Source: Marmoricola sp. (GTDB taxonomy: Bacteria > Actinomycetota > Actinomycetes > Propionibacteriales > Nocardioidaceae). From it: a stretch of 64,000 nt of DNA. The notes under the pieces are model-generated. The model was not told where the DNA came from. It did no database searches and was given only the letters and a program-made list of their open reading frames with translations. The stretch's first letter is position 1; each line of letters opens with the position of its first letter. Both the position numbers and the translations under genes were made by a program. This document shows, one piece after another, positions 19,909 to 29,530 of this stretch. The stretch covers positions 2,317 to 66,316 of the forward strand of contig JBFJNH010000011.1 in the NCBI GenBank assembly GCA_041618295.1. Reading direction: 5' to 3'.

Positions 19909-21047
19909 CCGTCTCCCCCGTCGCGCGGTCCCGTCGCTCGCGTCCGCTTCGCGGCCGACCCGAGCTGTACACGTCGTACCGGCAGGACATGGCGCTGCTG
20001 AACACCCGGGGCAAGCGGGTGAGCGTCCTGCTGATGGTCCTGGTGGCCGCAGTGCTGCCGATGCTGCTCACCGACGAGTTCCTCACGATCGCGGCGACCG
20101 GGATGGTCTTCGCGATCGGGGCCATCGGCCTCAACCTGCTCACCGGCTACGCCGGTCAGGTCTCACTCGGGCACGCGTTCTTCGTCGGCGTCGGCGCCTA
20201 CACCGCGGCGTACCTCTCCGGCGACCCCGACGGCCGGTACCTGGGCCTGGGCGTCGACAACGTCCTGATCTGGCTGCCGGCAGCAGGACTGGTCGCCGCG
20301 GCCACCGGGTTCCTCGTCGCCCCGATCGCCACCCGGCTCCGCGGTCTCTACCTGGCCGTGGTCACCCTGGGGTTGGTCTTCATCGGCGAGTACGTCTTCA
20401 GCGAGTGGCGCGAGCTCTCCGGCGGCGGAGGCATCGGCCGGGAGGCCGCCACGCCGATCCTCTTCGGCAACAACCTGGCCCGCGACGGCGCGTCGTACAC
20501 CGAGGAGCAGAAGCTCTACTGGCTGTTCCTGGTCACCCTGATCGTGCTGGCGGTGCTGGCGCGCAACCTGGCGCGGTCGAAGATCGGCCGGGCGTTCGCC
20601 GCGGTCCGGGACCGGGACGTCGCCGCTGGCGTGATGGGCGTGGAGCTGTCCCGCTACAAGCTCATCGCCTTCACCGTGTCGTCGTTCTACGCCGGCGTCT
20701 GCGGAGCACTGATGTTCGTCGGGGTCGGGCAGTTCGGGCCGACCCAGTTCGGGCTGCTGATGTCGATCCAGTTCATCGCGATGGTGCTGATCGGCGGGGT
20801 CGCGACCATCTCGGGGTCGATCATGGGCGCGATGCTGATCGCGGCACTCCCCCGGATCTCCAGCGAGCTCCCGGCGTTGTTCTCGTTCATCTCGACCGCG
20901 CCCAACGAGCACCCGAACATCTTCGAGATCGAGCAGGTGACCTACGGCGTCCTGATCGTGGCGTTCCTGCTGTTCGAGCCCCGGGGTCTGTTCGGGATCT
21001 GGTGGCGCGCGCGTACCTATTGGAAGAGCTTCCCTTTCTCGTACTGA
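19905..21047 (+). CDS. LivM-like ABC permease
   Basis: GLNLLTGYAGQVSLGH, RLRGLYLAVVTL, GRAFAAVRDRDVAA, FEPRGLFG. Confidence 0.9.
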   Translation: MTVSPVARSRRSRPLRGRPELYTSYRQDMALLNTRGKRVSVLLMVLVAAVLPMLLTDEFLTIAATGMVFAIGAIGLNLLTGYAGQVSLGHAFFVGVGAYTAAYLSGDPDGRYLGLGVDNVLIWLPAAGLVAAATGFLVAPIATRLRGLYLAVVTLGLVFIGEYVFSEWRELSGGGGIGREAATPILFGNNLARDGASYTEEQKLYWLFLVTLIVLAVLARNLARSKIGRAFAAVRDRDVAAGVMGVELSRYKLIAFTVSSFYAGVCGALMFVGVGQFGPTQFGLLMSIQFIAMVLIGGVATISGSIMGAMLIAALPRISSELPALFSFISTAPNEHPNIFEIEQVTYGVLIVAFLLFEPRGLFGIWWRARTYWKSFPFSY

Positions 21048-21082
21048 GTCGGGGCGGAGAGAAGAACAACCGAGGAGGAACA

Positions 21083-22366
21083 GTGAACAGGACCACACTG
21101 CGGTTCGCAGCCCTGGCATCAGCGGCAACGCTCGTGCTCACGGCCTGCGGTCGTGACGACGACAACGAAGGGACCGCGAGCGGTCCCGGGATCACGAGCG
21201 AGCCCTGTCCCGACGCCGTCGACGACAGCAAGGGGTGCATCTACCTGGGAGTCATCTCCGACCTCACCGGCCCGTTCGCCCCGGTCGGCGTCCCGCTGAC
21301 CGCTGGCGGCAAGGCGTTCTGGGACAAGGTGAACGCTGACGGCGGCATCGGCGACTACGAGGTCAACGTGACCGAGTACGTCCGCGACAACAAGTACAGC
21401 CCGGACACCCACGCCCAGGTCTACGGCCAGATCAAGGACAAGGTCCTCGCGATGGCCCAGTCGCTGGGAACCGTGGCCACCGAGGCGATGCTCCGCGACG
21501 CCGACGCCGAGTCCCTCGTCGTCCTGCCGGCCACCTTGGGCTCCAACTGGATCTTCGAGGACCGGGTCACCGAGATCGGCACCAGCTACTGCGCCGAGGC
21601 GATGAACTCGGTCGACTACGGCGTCGACGAGCTCGGGGCGACCGGGGTCGCAGCCATCCACTTCGAGGGCGACTACGGCGACGACGCCGCCGTCGGCGCG
21701 AAGATCGCCGCCGAGGCCCGCGACGTTGACTTCACCGACATCACGATGGCACCCGGCGGCGACGCTGCCCCGGTGGTCGCGGAGCTGATGCGGTCCAAGG
21801 CGAACCTGGTGGTGATCTCGACGAGCCCGACCGAGCTCGCCCAGGTCGTCGGCGGGGCCGCTCAGGCCGGGTTCCGGGGCAAGTTCATCGGCTCGATCCC
21901 GACCTGGAACAAGGCGCTGCTGGGCACTCCGGCGAAGCCGGCCCTGGAGGCGCTCTACCTGTGGGCCAGCTCGTTCCCGGGTTGGGACGCCGACACCGCG
22001 GGCCACGAAGCCATGCGGGCCGCAGCCGAGGCCGCCAAGCAGGACCCGAACGAGTACTTCGCACTCGGCTGGTCCGGCGCCTACGTGATGAAGGCGGCGC
22101 TGGAGAAGGCCATCGAGGACGACGACCTGAGCCGTGAGGGTCTCCTCAAAGCGGCGACGTCGCTGACCGGCGTCGACAGCCAGGGCATGCTGCCCGACGG
22201 TTCGGGCAACTACGCCGGCGACCCGAACGAGGCAGCGGTGCGCAGCACCTTCCTGCTGAAGCCGGCCGAGACCGGCAGCTCCGGTGCGACCGTCGAGGTC
22301 GACGCCTTCACTGGTCCGACCGCGGAAGGCTACGACTTCAAGGAGGCGTGCTACCTCCAGAAGTAG
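21083..22366 (+). CDS. ABC substrate-binding lipoprotein (type 1 periplasmic-binding fold)
   Basis: GAGGAGG RBS, lipobox LTAC, LGVISDLTGPFA. Confidence 0.88.
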   Translation: MNRTTLRFAALASAATLVLTACGRDDDNEGTASGPGITSEPCPDAVDDSKGCIYLGVISDLTGPFAPVGVPLTAGGKAFWDKVNADGGIGDYEVNVTEYVRDNKYSPDTHAQVYGQIKDKVLAMAQSLGTVATEAMLRDADAESLVVLPATLGSNWIFEDRVTEIGTSYCAEAMNSVDYGVDELGATGVAAIHFEGDYGDDAAVGAKIAAEARDVDFTDITMAPGGDAAPVVAELMRSKANLVVISTSPTELAQVVGGAAQAGFRGKFIGSIPTWNKALLGTPAKPALEALYLWASSFPGWDADTAGHEAMRAAAEAAKQDPNEYFALGWSGAYVMKAALEKAIEDDDLSREGLLKAATSLTGVDSQGMLPDGSGNYAGDPNEAAVRSTFLLKPAETGSSGATVEVDAFTGPTAEGYDFKEACYLQK

Positions 22367-22382
22367 GACCAGCAGCATTCGG

Positions 22383-22413
22383 TCGGGGGCGGGTCCGGCG
22401 GACCCGCCCCCGA
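22383..22413 (+). terminator. Intrinsic terminator hairpin
   Basis: Perfect 14-bp stem TCGGGGGCGGGTCC / GGACCCGCCCCCGA with 3-nt loop, 17 nt after the stop. Confidence 0.8.
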
Positions 22414-22451
22414 TTCGTTCCCGGGCAACCGGCGGAGCGTAGGCTGGGGAG

Positions 22452-23417
22452 GTGACCCAGGCTCCCGGATCCCCGCCCTCCGCCCAGCCCGAGGGACGGA
22501 AGCTGCTCCGCCTCGAGGTGCGCAACGCGGAGACCCCGATCGAGCGCAAACCCGAGTGGATCAAGACCCGGGCGAAGATGGGTCCGCAGTACCGCGAGCT
22601 CCAGCAGCTGGTGAAGTCCGAGGGGCTGCACACTGTCTGCCAGGAGGCCGGGTGCCCGAACATCTTCGAGTGCTGGGAGGACCGCGAGGCGACCTTCCTG
22701 ATCGGCGGTGACCAGTGCACCCGCCGCTGCGACTTCTGCCAGATCGACACCGGCAAGCCGCAGCCGTTGGACCGCGACGAACCGCGCCGGGTCGCCGAGT
22801 CCGTGCAGACCATGGGGCTGCGCTACGCGACCATCACCGGCGTCGCCCGCGACGACCTGCCGGACGGCGGAGCCTGGTTGTACGCCGAGACGGTCCGTGC
22901 GATCCACGAGCTCAACCCGGGGACCGGTGTGGAGAACCTGATCCCCGACTTCAACGGCGAACCCGACCTGCTGGCCGAGGTCTTCGAAGCGCGGCCCGAG
23001 GTCCTGGCGCACAACCTGGAGACGGTCCCGAGGATTTTCAAGCGGATCCGTCCGGCCTTCCGCTACGAGCGGTCGCTCGACGTGCTGACCCAGGCGCGAG
23101 CGTTCGGCCTGGTGACCAAGTCGAACCTGATCCTCGGGATGGGCGAGACCCGCGAGGAGGTCAGCCAGGCTCTGGTCGACCTGCACGCGGCCGGCTGCGA
23201 GCTGATCACGATCACCCAGTACCTGCGCCCCTCGCCCCGGCACCACCCCGTCGAGCGGTGGGTCAAGCCCGAGGAGTTCGTCGAGCTGCAGGCCGAGGCA
23301 GAAGCGATCGGTTTCGCCGGGGTCCTCTCCGGCCCGCTGGTCCGGTCGTCGTACCGGGCCGGGCGGCTGTACCAGCAGGCGATCGACGCGCGGACGGACT
23401 CGACCACGGCCGTCTGA
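22452..23417 (+). CDS. lipA: Lipoyl synthase
   Basis: [27 protein letters not shown]. Confidence 0.97.
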   Translation: MTQAPGSPPSAQPEGRKLLRLEVRNAETPIERKPEWIKTRAKMGPQYRELQQLVKSEGLHTVCQEAGCPNIFECWEDREATFLIGGDQCTRRCDFCQIDTGKPQPLDRDEPRRVAESVQTMGLRYATITGVARDDLPDGGAWLYAETVRAIHELNPGTGVENLIPDFNGEPDLLAEVFEARPEVLAHNLETVPRIFKRIRPAFRYERSLDVLTQARAFGLVTKSNLILGMGETREEVSQALVDLHAAGCELITITQYLRPSPRHHPVERWVKPEEFVELQAEAEAIGFAGVLSGPLVRSSYRAGRLYQQAIDARTDSTTAV

Positions 23418-23488
23418 GCGATCTCGACTAGGCTCGACCACCGAGCACTCACCCCGGACGCTCCCCCAGAACAGCGAAGGCAACACCC

Positions 23489-24187
23489 ATGGCGAAGAAG
23501 GTCAAGGACCCGAACAAGCCCGGCCGGATCAAGCAGATCCGGCAGAGCTACCAGATGACGAAGAAGAGCGACCCAAGGATCGGCCTGATCCTCCTGGGAA
23601 CGTTCCTGCTGGCGGCCGCGGGTGGTGTGGCCGCGCTGTTCCTGATCGGGATCCCGCTCGTCTTCGCGATCACCTCCGGAGTCCTGGTCGGCACCCTCGC
23701 AGTCCTGATCGTCTTCGGCCGCCGTGCTCAGACGGCCGCCCTGGCGGGCATCGAGGGGCAGCCCGGGGCCGCTGCCGCCGCGCTCAGCATGCTCCGGCGC
23801 GGCTGGAAGACCGACCCCGCCATCGGGTTCACCAAGCAGCAGGACGTCGTCCACCGCCTGGTCGGGCCTCCGGGGATCATCCTGATCGGCGAGGGCAACA
23901 TCAACCGGCTCAAGCCGCTGATGACCTCCGAGCGCCGCAAGCACGAGCGGGTGGCGGCCGAGGTGCCGATCCACGAAGTGTACGTCGGCAACGGGCCCGA
24001 CGAGGTGCCGCTGCGCAAACTCGTCCGGCACGTCTCCAAGCTCGGCCGCAAGATCAAGCCGGCCGCGATGACCGACATCCTCAACCGGCTCAAGGCGCTG
24101 GACGCGAACCGGTCCAACATCCCGCTGCCGAAGGGCCCGGTGCCGACCTCGATGAAGGGTGCCCGCGGGAACCTGCGCGGTCGGTGA
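23489..24187 (+). CDS. DUF4191-type membrane protein
   Basis: EGQPGAAAAAL, QQDVVHRLVGPPGIILIGEG, PLPKGPVP; lies between lipA and glnA. Confidence 0.85.
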   Translation: MAKKVKDPNKPGRIKQIRQSYQMTKKSDPRIGLILLGTFLLAAAGGVAALFLIGIPLVFAITSGVLVGTLAVLIVFGRRAQTAALAGIEGQPGAAAAALSMLRRGWKTDPAIGFTKQQDVVHRLVGPPGIILIGEGNINRLKPLMTSERRKHERVAAEVPIHEVYVGNGPDEVPLRKLVRHVSKLGRKIKPAAMTDILNRLKALDANRSNIPLPKGPVPTSMKGARGNLRGR

Positions 24188-24193
24188 GGACTC

Positions 24194-24910
24194 CTACTCG
24201 TTCTGCAGGATCTCCCCCGCTGGCGGGGCGGTGATCGTCACCGGCTCGCCCCAGTCGGTCAGGGTCAGCACCAGCTCGTTGTCGCCCAGGTCCGCCTGGG
24301 CTCGGCGGACCAGGTCGCGCGCGTCGACGAACAGGGTGACCACGAGGTCCTCGGAGAGATCGACGCCCGGCATCGCGTCGAGCATCCCGGAACCGAGCGC
24401 CTCGCCATCGAGGGTCACCTCGTAGCGGGTGACCTCCACGCCGTCGACGGTCTCGGTGCCGCGCTCCCGGACCGAGGTGACCGCGTCGGCGATCCCGGTC
24501 AGCGCCTGCTCGGGGTCGAGATCGGCGAGTCCGCCGAGGAGCGAGAGCGACGGGTCGTCGCGGGTGAGCTTCACGAACTTGGCCCCGGCGTTCTGCTTCA
24601 GGTAGAAGAAGCCGTCGACCGCGACCACCTCGATCGTCTGACCCAGCAGCGTGGCCGTGATCCCGGCCGCGGGCTCCGTACCGTCGTAGCGGAACACCGC
24701 GGTGGCGCTGACGCCGCTGCCCACGGTCAGCTCCGCCTGCGCGCTCCCCTGCTCCTTGACCGCGCCGACCAGGCGGTCCACGAAGGCGACCTTGTCCACC
24801 CCCGCGTCGGCGGGCTCGGACTCGGAGGCCTCACCGCAGGCGGCGAGCGAGACGACGAGGAGGACGACCGAGGCGAGGAGCCCGGTGGTACGGGAGAGGG
24901 TTCGGGACAT
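24194..24910 (-). CDS. Lipoprotein, LppX/LprAFG-like
   Basis: Lipobox LAAC; GTETVDGVEVTRYEV; LTDWGEPVTITAP. Confidence 0.65.
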   Translation of the reverse strand: MSRTLSRTTGLLASVVLLVVSLAACGEASESEPADAGVDKVAFVDRLVGAVKEQGSAQAELTVGSGVSATAVFRYDGTEPAAGITATLLGQTIEVVAVDGFFYLKQNAGAKFVKLTRDDPSLSLLGGLADLDPEQALTGIADAVTSVRERGTETVDGVEVTRYEVTLDGEALGSGMLDAMPGVDLSEDLVVTLFVDARDLVRRAQADLGDNELVLTLTDWGEPVTITAPPAGEILQNE

Positions 24911-24939
24911 GGACCCAGCGTAGGTGGCAGGGCGAAGCC

Positions 24940-25332
24940 CTACCGGCGGGTGAAGACCGCCGAGCGGGTCCAGAGGTCGTGCAGCCCGCGCCCGTCCTGG
25001 CGGAAGACGAGCGGCGGGATCAGCAAGCAGACCAGGAGCTGGCGCTGGAGGGCCCGGAACAGGGTGAGCGGGCGCCCGTCGATCCCGTGCACGCCGATCC
25101 GCAGCAGCTTCTGCCCGAACGAGGCCCCGGTGAGGGCGATCCCGATCGCGGACTCGAACCAGAAGATGGCCAGGTTCAGCACCACGAAGGCCTCGTGCTG
25201 CACGTCCTGGAGGATGAAGAACGTGACGGCGTAGCTCGCCAGCCAGTCGATCACCAGCGCGGCGACGCGCTGCAGCCAGGAGGCGGTCTCGGGCACCAGC
25301 AGGTGCCCGGCGGGAGTAGTGGGTCCAGACAT
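24940..25332 (-). CDS. RDD family membrane protein
   Basis: RVAALVIDW, SFGQKLLRI, GRGLHD; divergent from glnA. Confidence 0.85.
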   Translation of the reverse strand: MSGPTTPAGHLLVPETASWLQRVAALVIDWLASYAVTFFILQDVQHEAFVVLNLAIFWFESAIGIALTGASFGQKLLRIGVHGIDGRPLTLFRALQRQLLVCLLIPPLVFRQDGRGLHDLWTRSAVFTRR

Positions 25333-25401
25333 CGCCACGACCCTACCCACCCCCGGGAAAGGGTCCGGTACCCGAGGGTGGACGTCCGGGACCTGGTACG
25401 T

Positions 25402-25428
25402 GTTACATGCCCGAAACAAACCCGATAC
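25402..25428 (+). promoter_or_regulatory. GlnR-type binding site upstream of glnA
   Basis: GTTAC-N6-GAAAC-N6-GATAC fits the Streptomyces GlnR box gTnAc-n6-GaAAc. Confidence 0.75.
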
Positions 25429-25545
25429 GGTCGATTAACCGGCTCGACCTAGCGTCGACTCGCGCCCAGGCGCGCAGTGACTCACCGTCGCGTCGCTCAC
25501 CTCACCACACTCTGATCTCGGTCGCGCTGCGACCAAGGAGGACGA

Positions 25546-26967
25546 ATGTTCCAGAACAGCGAAGAGCTCCTGAAGTTCATCAAGGACGAGGGCGTCGAGA
25601 TGATCGACGTCCGCTTCTGCGACTTGCCCGGCATCATGCAGCACTTCACCGTGCCGGCCTCGTCCTTCGACCAGTCGGTCTTCGACGACGGTCTGGGCTT
25701 CGACGGCTCCTCCATCCGCGGCTTCCAGGCCATCAACGAGTCCGACATGCAGCTGTACCCGGACCCGACGACGGCCTACCTCGACCCGTTCCGGAAGTCG
25801 AAGACGCTGAACGTGAACTTCTTCATCCACGACCCGATCACCGGTGAGGCCTACTCCCGCGACCCGCGCAACATCGCCAAGAAGGCGCTTGCCTACCTGG
25901 CCAGCACCGGCATCGCGGACACCGCGTTCTTCGCCCCCGAGGCCGAGTTCTACATCTTCGACAACGTCCGCTACTCCACCGGCGTCAACGAGGGGTACTA
26001 CCACATCGACTCCGTCGAGGGCTGGTGGAACTCGGGCAAGGAGGGCGAGGACAACCTCGGCTACAAGACCCGCCTCAAGGGTGGTTACTTCCCTGTCGAG
26101 CCGTACGACCACTACTCGGACCTGCGGGCCGACATGGTCAAGAACCTCGAGGCCTGCGGCCTGCTCGTCGAGCGCGCCCACCACGAGGTCGGCACCGCCG
26201 GCCAGGCGGAGATCAACTACCGCTTCGACACGCTGCTCAAGGCCGCGGACGACGTGATGAAGTTCAAGTACATCATCAAGAACACCGCCTGGCAGCAGGG
26301 CAAGTCGGTCACCTTCATGCCGAAGCCGATCTTCGGTGACAACGGCTCGGGCATGCACGTGCACCAGTCGCTGTGGAACGCCGGCGAGCCGCTCTTCTAC
26401 GACGAGACCGGCTACGGCGGCCTCTCGGAGATGGCCCGTCACTACATCGGCGGCATCCTGAAGCACGCCCCGGCGCTGCTGGCGTTCACCAACCCGACGG
26501 TGAACTCCTACCACCGCCTGGTGCCGGGCTTCGAGGCCCCGATCTCGCTGGTGTACTCCTCGCGCAACCGGTCGGCGTCGGTCCGGATTCCGATCACCGG
26601 CTCGAACCCGAAGGCCAAGCGCATCGAGACCCGGTTCCCGGACCCGTCCGCGAACCCGTACCTCGCCTTCTCGGCGCTGATGCTCGCCGGTCTCGACGGC
26701 ATCAAGAACAAGATCGAGCCGGCCGCTCCGATCGACAAGGACATCTACGAGCTGCCGCCGGCCGAGATGGCCGAGATCGCCCAGGTGCCGACCTCGCTCG
26801 GCGCCGTGCTGGACGCCCTCGAGGCCGACCACGACTTCCTGACGGTCGGCAACGTCTTCACGCCGGACCTGATCGAGACCTGGGTCGACTTCAAGCGCAC
26901 CCAGGAGATCGCGCCGGTGCAGCTGCGGCCGCACCCGCACGAGTTCGAGCTGTACTACGACATCTGA
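25546..26967 (+). CDS. glnA: Glutamine synthetase type I (beta)
   Basis: [46 protein letters not shown]-terminal [12 protein letters not shown]. Confidence 0.97.
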   Translation: MFQNSEELLKFIKDEGVEMIDVRFCDLPGIMQHFTVPASSFDQSVFDDGLGFDGSSIRGFQAINESDMQLYPDPTTAYLDPFRKSKTLNVNFFIHDPITGEAYSRDPRNIAKKALAYLASTGIADTAFFAPEAEFYIFDNVRYSTGVNEGYYHIDSVEGWWNSGKEGEDNLGYKTRLKGGYFPVEPYDHYSDLRADMVKNLEACGLLVERAHHEVGTAGQAEINYRFDTLLKAADDVMKFKYIIKNTAWQQGKSVTFMPKPIFGDNGSGMHVHQSLWNAGEPLFYDETGYGGLSEMARHYIGGILKHAPALLAFTNPTVNSYHRLVPGFEAPISLVYSSRNRSASVRIPITGSNPKAKRIETRFPDPSANPYLAFSALMLAGLDGIKNKIEPAAPIDKDIYELPPAEMAEIAQVPTSLGAVLDALEADHDFLTVGNVFTPDLIETWVDFKRTQEIAPVQLRPHPHEFELYYDI

Positions 26968-27034
26968 GTCGTGAGCTGATCGAGCTTCTTGAGCTCGACC
27001 AACCGATGGCCCCGGAGCTTCTCCGGGGCCATCG
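26952..27034 (+). repeat. Left direct repeat (attL-like): glnA 3' end plus terminator
   Basis: First 23 nt identical to 31957-31979; the whole 83/84-nt copies differ by 8 substitutions and 1 indel. Confidence 0.9.
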
Positions 27035-27041
27035 TTGTTTT
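27004..27041 (+). terminator. glnA intrinsic terminator
   Basis: 14-bp stem CGATGGCCCCGGAG / CTCCGGGGCCATCG, loop CTT, followed by TTGTTTT. Confidence 0.85.
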
Positions 27042-27058
27042 CAACCGACACCAGCGAC

Positions 27059-27330
27059 GTCATCCACGTCGAAGTCCTCATCTCCGCCCTCGGGCAGTGC
27101 CCCAGCGCCCCGCGTGGCCAATTCCCGCTGCACGCGAGACCATCGCCCGCCCGGCCTTCCACTCTGCCTGAGTGTGGCCACGACGTCGACTTCACCGGCA
27201 AGCGCGTTGCCGTGATCGGAGCCGCGCGAGCGCGATCCAGTTCGTGCCCGAGATCCAGGGACGTCGCCCAACTTTGGCGCACTTCCAACGCGCCGCGGGC
27301 CATACCCGCTGCCGCGCGGTTCGACCCCGA
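27059..27330 (+). pseudogene. Fragment of a flavin-containing (Baeyer-Villiger-type) monooxygenase
   Basis: Frameshifted pieces VLISALGQ / RPAFHSA* / HDVDFTGKRVAVIG / ASAIQFVPEIQ..FQR. Confidence 0.8.
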
Positions 27331-27427
27331 GTTCTCGCGGCTGCATCACGGCGCCTTCGGAAAGGTGCCCGCCACTGACCTAGTTGACCGAGCGTGCGCT
27401 GTGGTTGGGGTGGCTAGCTGCGGCACT

Positions 27428-28066
27428 TCAGGGAGACATCTGTCGGAAGGTTGACCCGACGCCGAGAAACAGAGCAGTGAGGTCATCGACGAGCCGGTCG
27501 CGGTCGGAATGGAGTTCGCCCGTCAATGCGGCACTCATGGTCGCGGCGAACCCTCCGAGTGCGAATCGGGTGGTGGTGATCACTGCTTGGGATTCCACGT
27601 CCTCGCCGCGCCAGACCGCCGGCGAGTAGTGGGCCAGCAGGCTGGCGAATCGATGGAGTTCCGTCGCGTACGCCGGGCCCAGGACGTGCGAATGGAGCGG
27701 CTCGACGAGCAGCACCCGACCTTTGCGCGGATCATCGAGGAGCAGGTCAATCATCGCGCTCAAGACATCGCGGACGCGCGCTGCAGTACGGCGAGGTGCC
27801 GCGAGCATGGCAGCAACAGCGCGCCGCTCGGCCTCGGCCGTAAGCATTCCGAAGACCGCGAGCTGGAGCTCATCAAGATCGCTGAAGTAGTTGTAGAAGT
27901 AGCGCGGTGCGACCCCGGAGTGACTGAGTACCTTTCGCACGGTGGGTTGGCCAAGTTGAGGGTCGCCCATCAGGTCCAGGGCGGCCTCAAGTATCCGTGA
28001 TCGACGATCCTCGTCGCGCTCGGCCGACGTCATCCCACCATATACGCGGCCCTGTGTGATGCCCAC
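27428..28066 (-). CDS. TetR-family transcriptional regulator
   Basis: RILEAALDLMG..TVRKVLSHSGVAPRYFYNYFSDLDEL HTH; LLDDPRKGRVLLVE. Confidence 0.88.
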   Translation of the reverse strand: MGITQGRVYGGMTSAERDEDRRSRILEAALDLMGDPQLGQPTVRKVLSHSGVAPRYFYNYFSDLDELQLAVFGMLTAEAERRAVAAMLAAPRRTAARVRDVLSAMIDLLLDDPRKGRVLLVEPLHSHVLGPAYATELHRFASLLAHYSPAVWRGEDVESQAVITTTRFALGGFAATMSAALTGELHSDRDRLVDDLTALFLGVGSTFRQMSP

Positions 28067-28073
28067 GACAATA

Positions 28074-28130
28074 TCTTGACACAGTCGTGTCCAGATTGCC
28101 TAAGATCATCTGAACACGACATGCGACAGA
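28074..28130. promoter_or_regulatory. Two related 22-bp palindromic operator-like sites overlapping a TTGACA/TAAGAT promoter
   Basis: TCTTGACACAGTCGTGTCCAGA (28074-28095) and TCTGAACACGACATGCGACAGA (28109-28130); TTGACA 28076, TAAGAT 28101 (19-nt spacer). Confidence 0.6.
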
Positions 28131-28140
28131 TAGGATTTCG

Positions 28141-29043
28141 ATGGCTTCGAAGAGCGGTCTCCTCGCCGGTAGCGGTGACGACATTGGTGCGCAGTTGGCG
28201 GCGGACTGGCGCATCCTGCTAGTGGCGCCAACCGCTCTCGTGCTGCAGGTTGCGCACCCGGTGATCGGCGCGGGCGTTGGCCGCTACTCCAACTACTCCA
28301 CGGATCCGTGGGGTCGTGCTGTTCGCTCCGTCTGGCCCGTGCTCGCCATGGTGATGATCGAGGACCGAGGCTATGGTGCGGACCTGCGGGCCCTCCATAA
28401 GGGGATTGGTGGCGTCGATCATCTCGGCAGGAGGTACCACGCCTGGGAGCCTGAAGCGGCATTCTTCGTGCTCGCCACGGCCTGCTACATCAGTGATCAG
28501 CTCCGGACCCTCTTCGGAACGCCGCTCACTTACGCCGAGCGCGAGGCCGTTTTCTTCGCCTGGCGGCGCGCTGGGCTGTCCTTCGGCATCCCCGAGCGCG
28601 AGCTTCCGACGGACCTCGACGCCTACGACTTGTGGTTCGCTGACGTGCTTCAAGACCGGCTCGAGGACCACCCGACGGTCCGCGAGCTGCTGGGCACTCT
28701 GCACAGCATTCCGCCGTTGCCGGGCGTACCTGGTTGGCTCTGGCGGCCGCTCGCGCGGCAGTTGATCGGCCCGGTGGCGATGCTGGTCGTCGTCGGAACC
28801 CTGCCTCCTCTGATCAGAGAACGGCTCGGCCTCACGTGGACTTCGAAGGACCAGCGTCGGCTGAACGCCTTCACCCGCCTCATGCGAGTCGTCAATGTCC
28901 TCATCCCGAGGCCGCTGCGTTCGGTGAACCGGCTTGTCGTGCGGCGCTACGAACAACAGATGAGGCAGTACGCTGCCCGGGGTGCCGAGCTGGGCATCGC
29001 GCCCTCGATCGCCTCTGACAAAGCGGGCCGTGATGTTGCCTGA
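28141..29043 (+). CDS. DUF2236 / MpaB-Lcp-like oxygenase family protein
   Basis: LVLQVAHPVIGAGV, DPWGRAVRS, LRALHKGIGG..RRYHA. Confidence 0.82.
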   Translation: MASKSGLLAGSGDDIGAQLAADWRILLVAPTALVLQVAHPVIGAGVGRYSNYSTDPWGRAVRSVWPVLAMVMIEDRGYGADLRALHKGIGGVDHLGRRYHAWEPEAAFFVLATACYISDQLRTLFGTPLTYAEREAVFFAWRRAGLSFGIPERELPTDLDAYDLWFADVLQDRLEDHPTVRELLGTLHSIPPLPGVPGWLWRPLARQLIGPVAMLVVVGTLPPLIRERLGLTWTSKDQRRLNAFTRLMRVVNVLIPRPLRSVNRLVVRRYEQQMRQYAARGAELGIAPSIASDKAGRDVA

Positions 29044-29530
29044 TGCGGCTGACCTGAGTCCGCACCATGACGCGTGCTACGTCTGCGGCCCCGGAAACCC
29101 GGCTGCGACCGGGTTGAGCCTGCGTTCCGCGGGCGGGGGAATCATTGGTGAGGTCGTGCTGGACGTTCGGCACCAGGGCGTGCCCGGACTCGCCCATGGG
29201 GGTGCGATTGCCGCACTCATGGACGAGGTGTCCGGGTCGCTTCTCATTGCGGCCGGCCTTCGTTTCGTCACCGCCCAACTCGACGTCACCTACGTCGCGC
29301 CCGTCGCCATCGGCCGGCCTCTGGTGCTCCGGGCGTGGCTCGCCGGCAGTGCGGGCCGCAAGCACACAGCGAAGGCCGAGCTTCGAGAAGGTGGACTGTT
29401 GCTCGCCGAGGCGACCGGCTTGTTCCTGACAGTCTCGCCTGATCACTTCATCGCAGCCGGGGCATCCAGCGGGGGTTCGTCCGTGTTCGGCGCCGATCAC
29501 CCCACCGGACAGGCGACAGGTTCACGGTGA
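29033..29530 (+). CDS. PaaI/hotdog-fold thioesterase
   Basis: CYVCGPGNP, HQGVPGLAHGGAIAALMDE, TAQLDVTY; overlaps the upstream gene. Confidence 0.85.
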   Translation: MLPDAADLSPHHDACYVCGPGNPAATGLSLRSAGGGIIGEVVLDVRHQGVPGLAHGGAIAALMDEVSGSLLIAAGLRFVTAQLDVTYVAPVAIGRPLVLRAWLAGSAGRKHTAKAELREGGLLLAEATGLFLTVSPDHFIAAGASSGGSSVFGADHPTGQATGSR

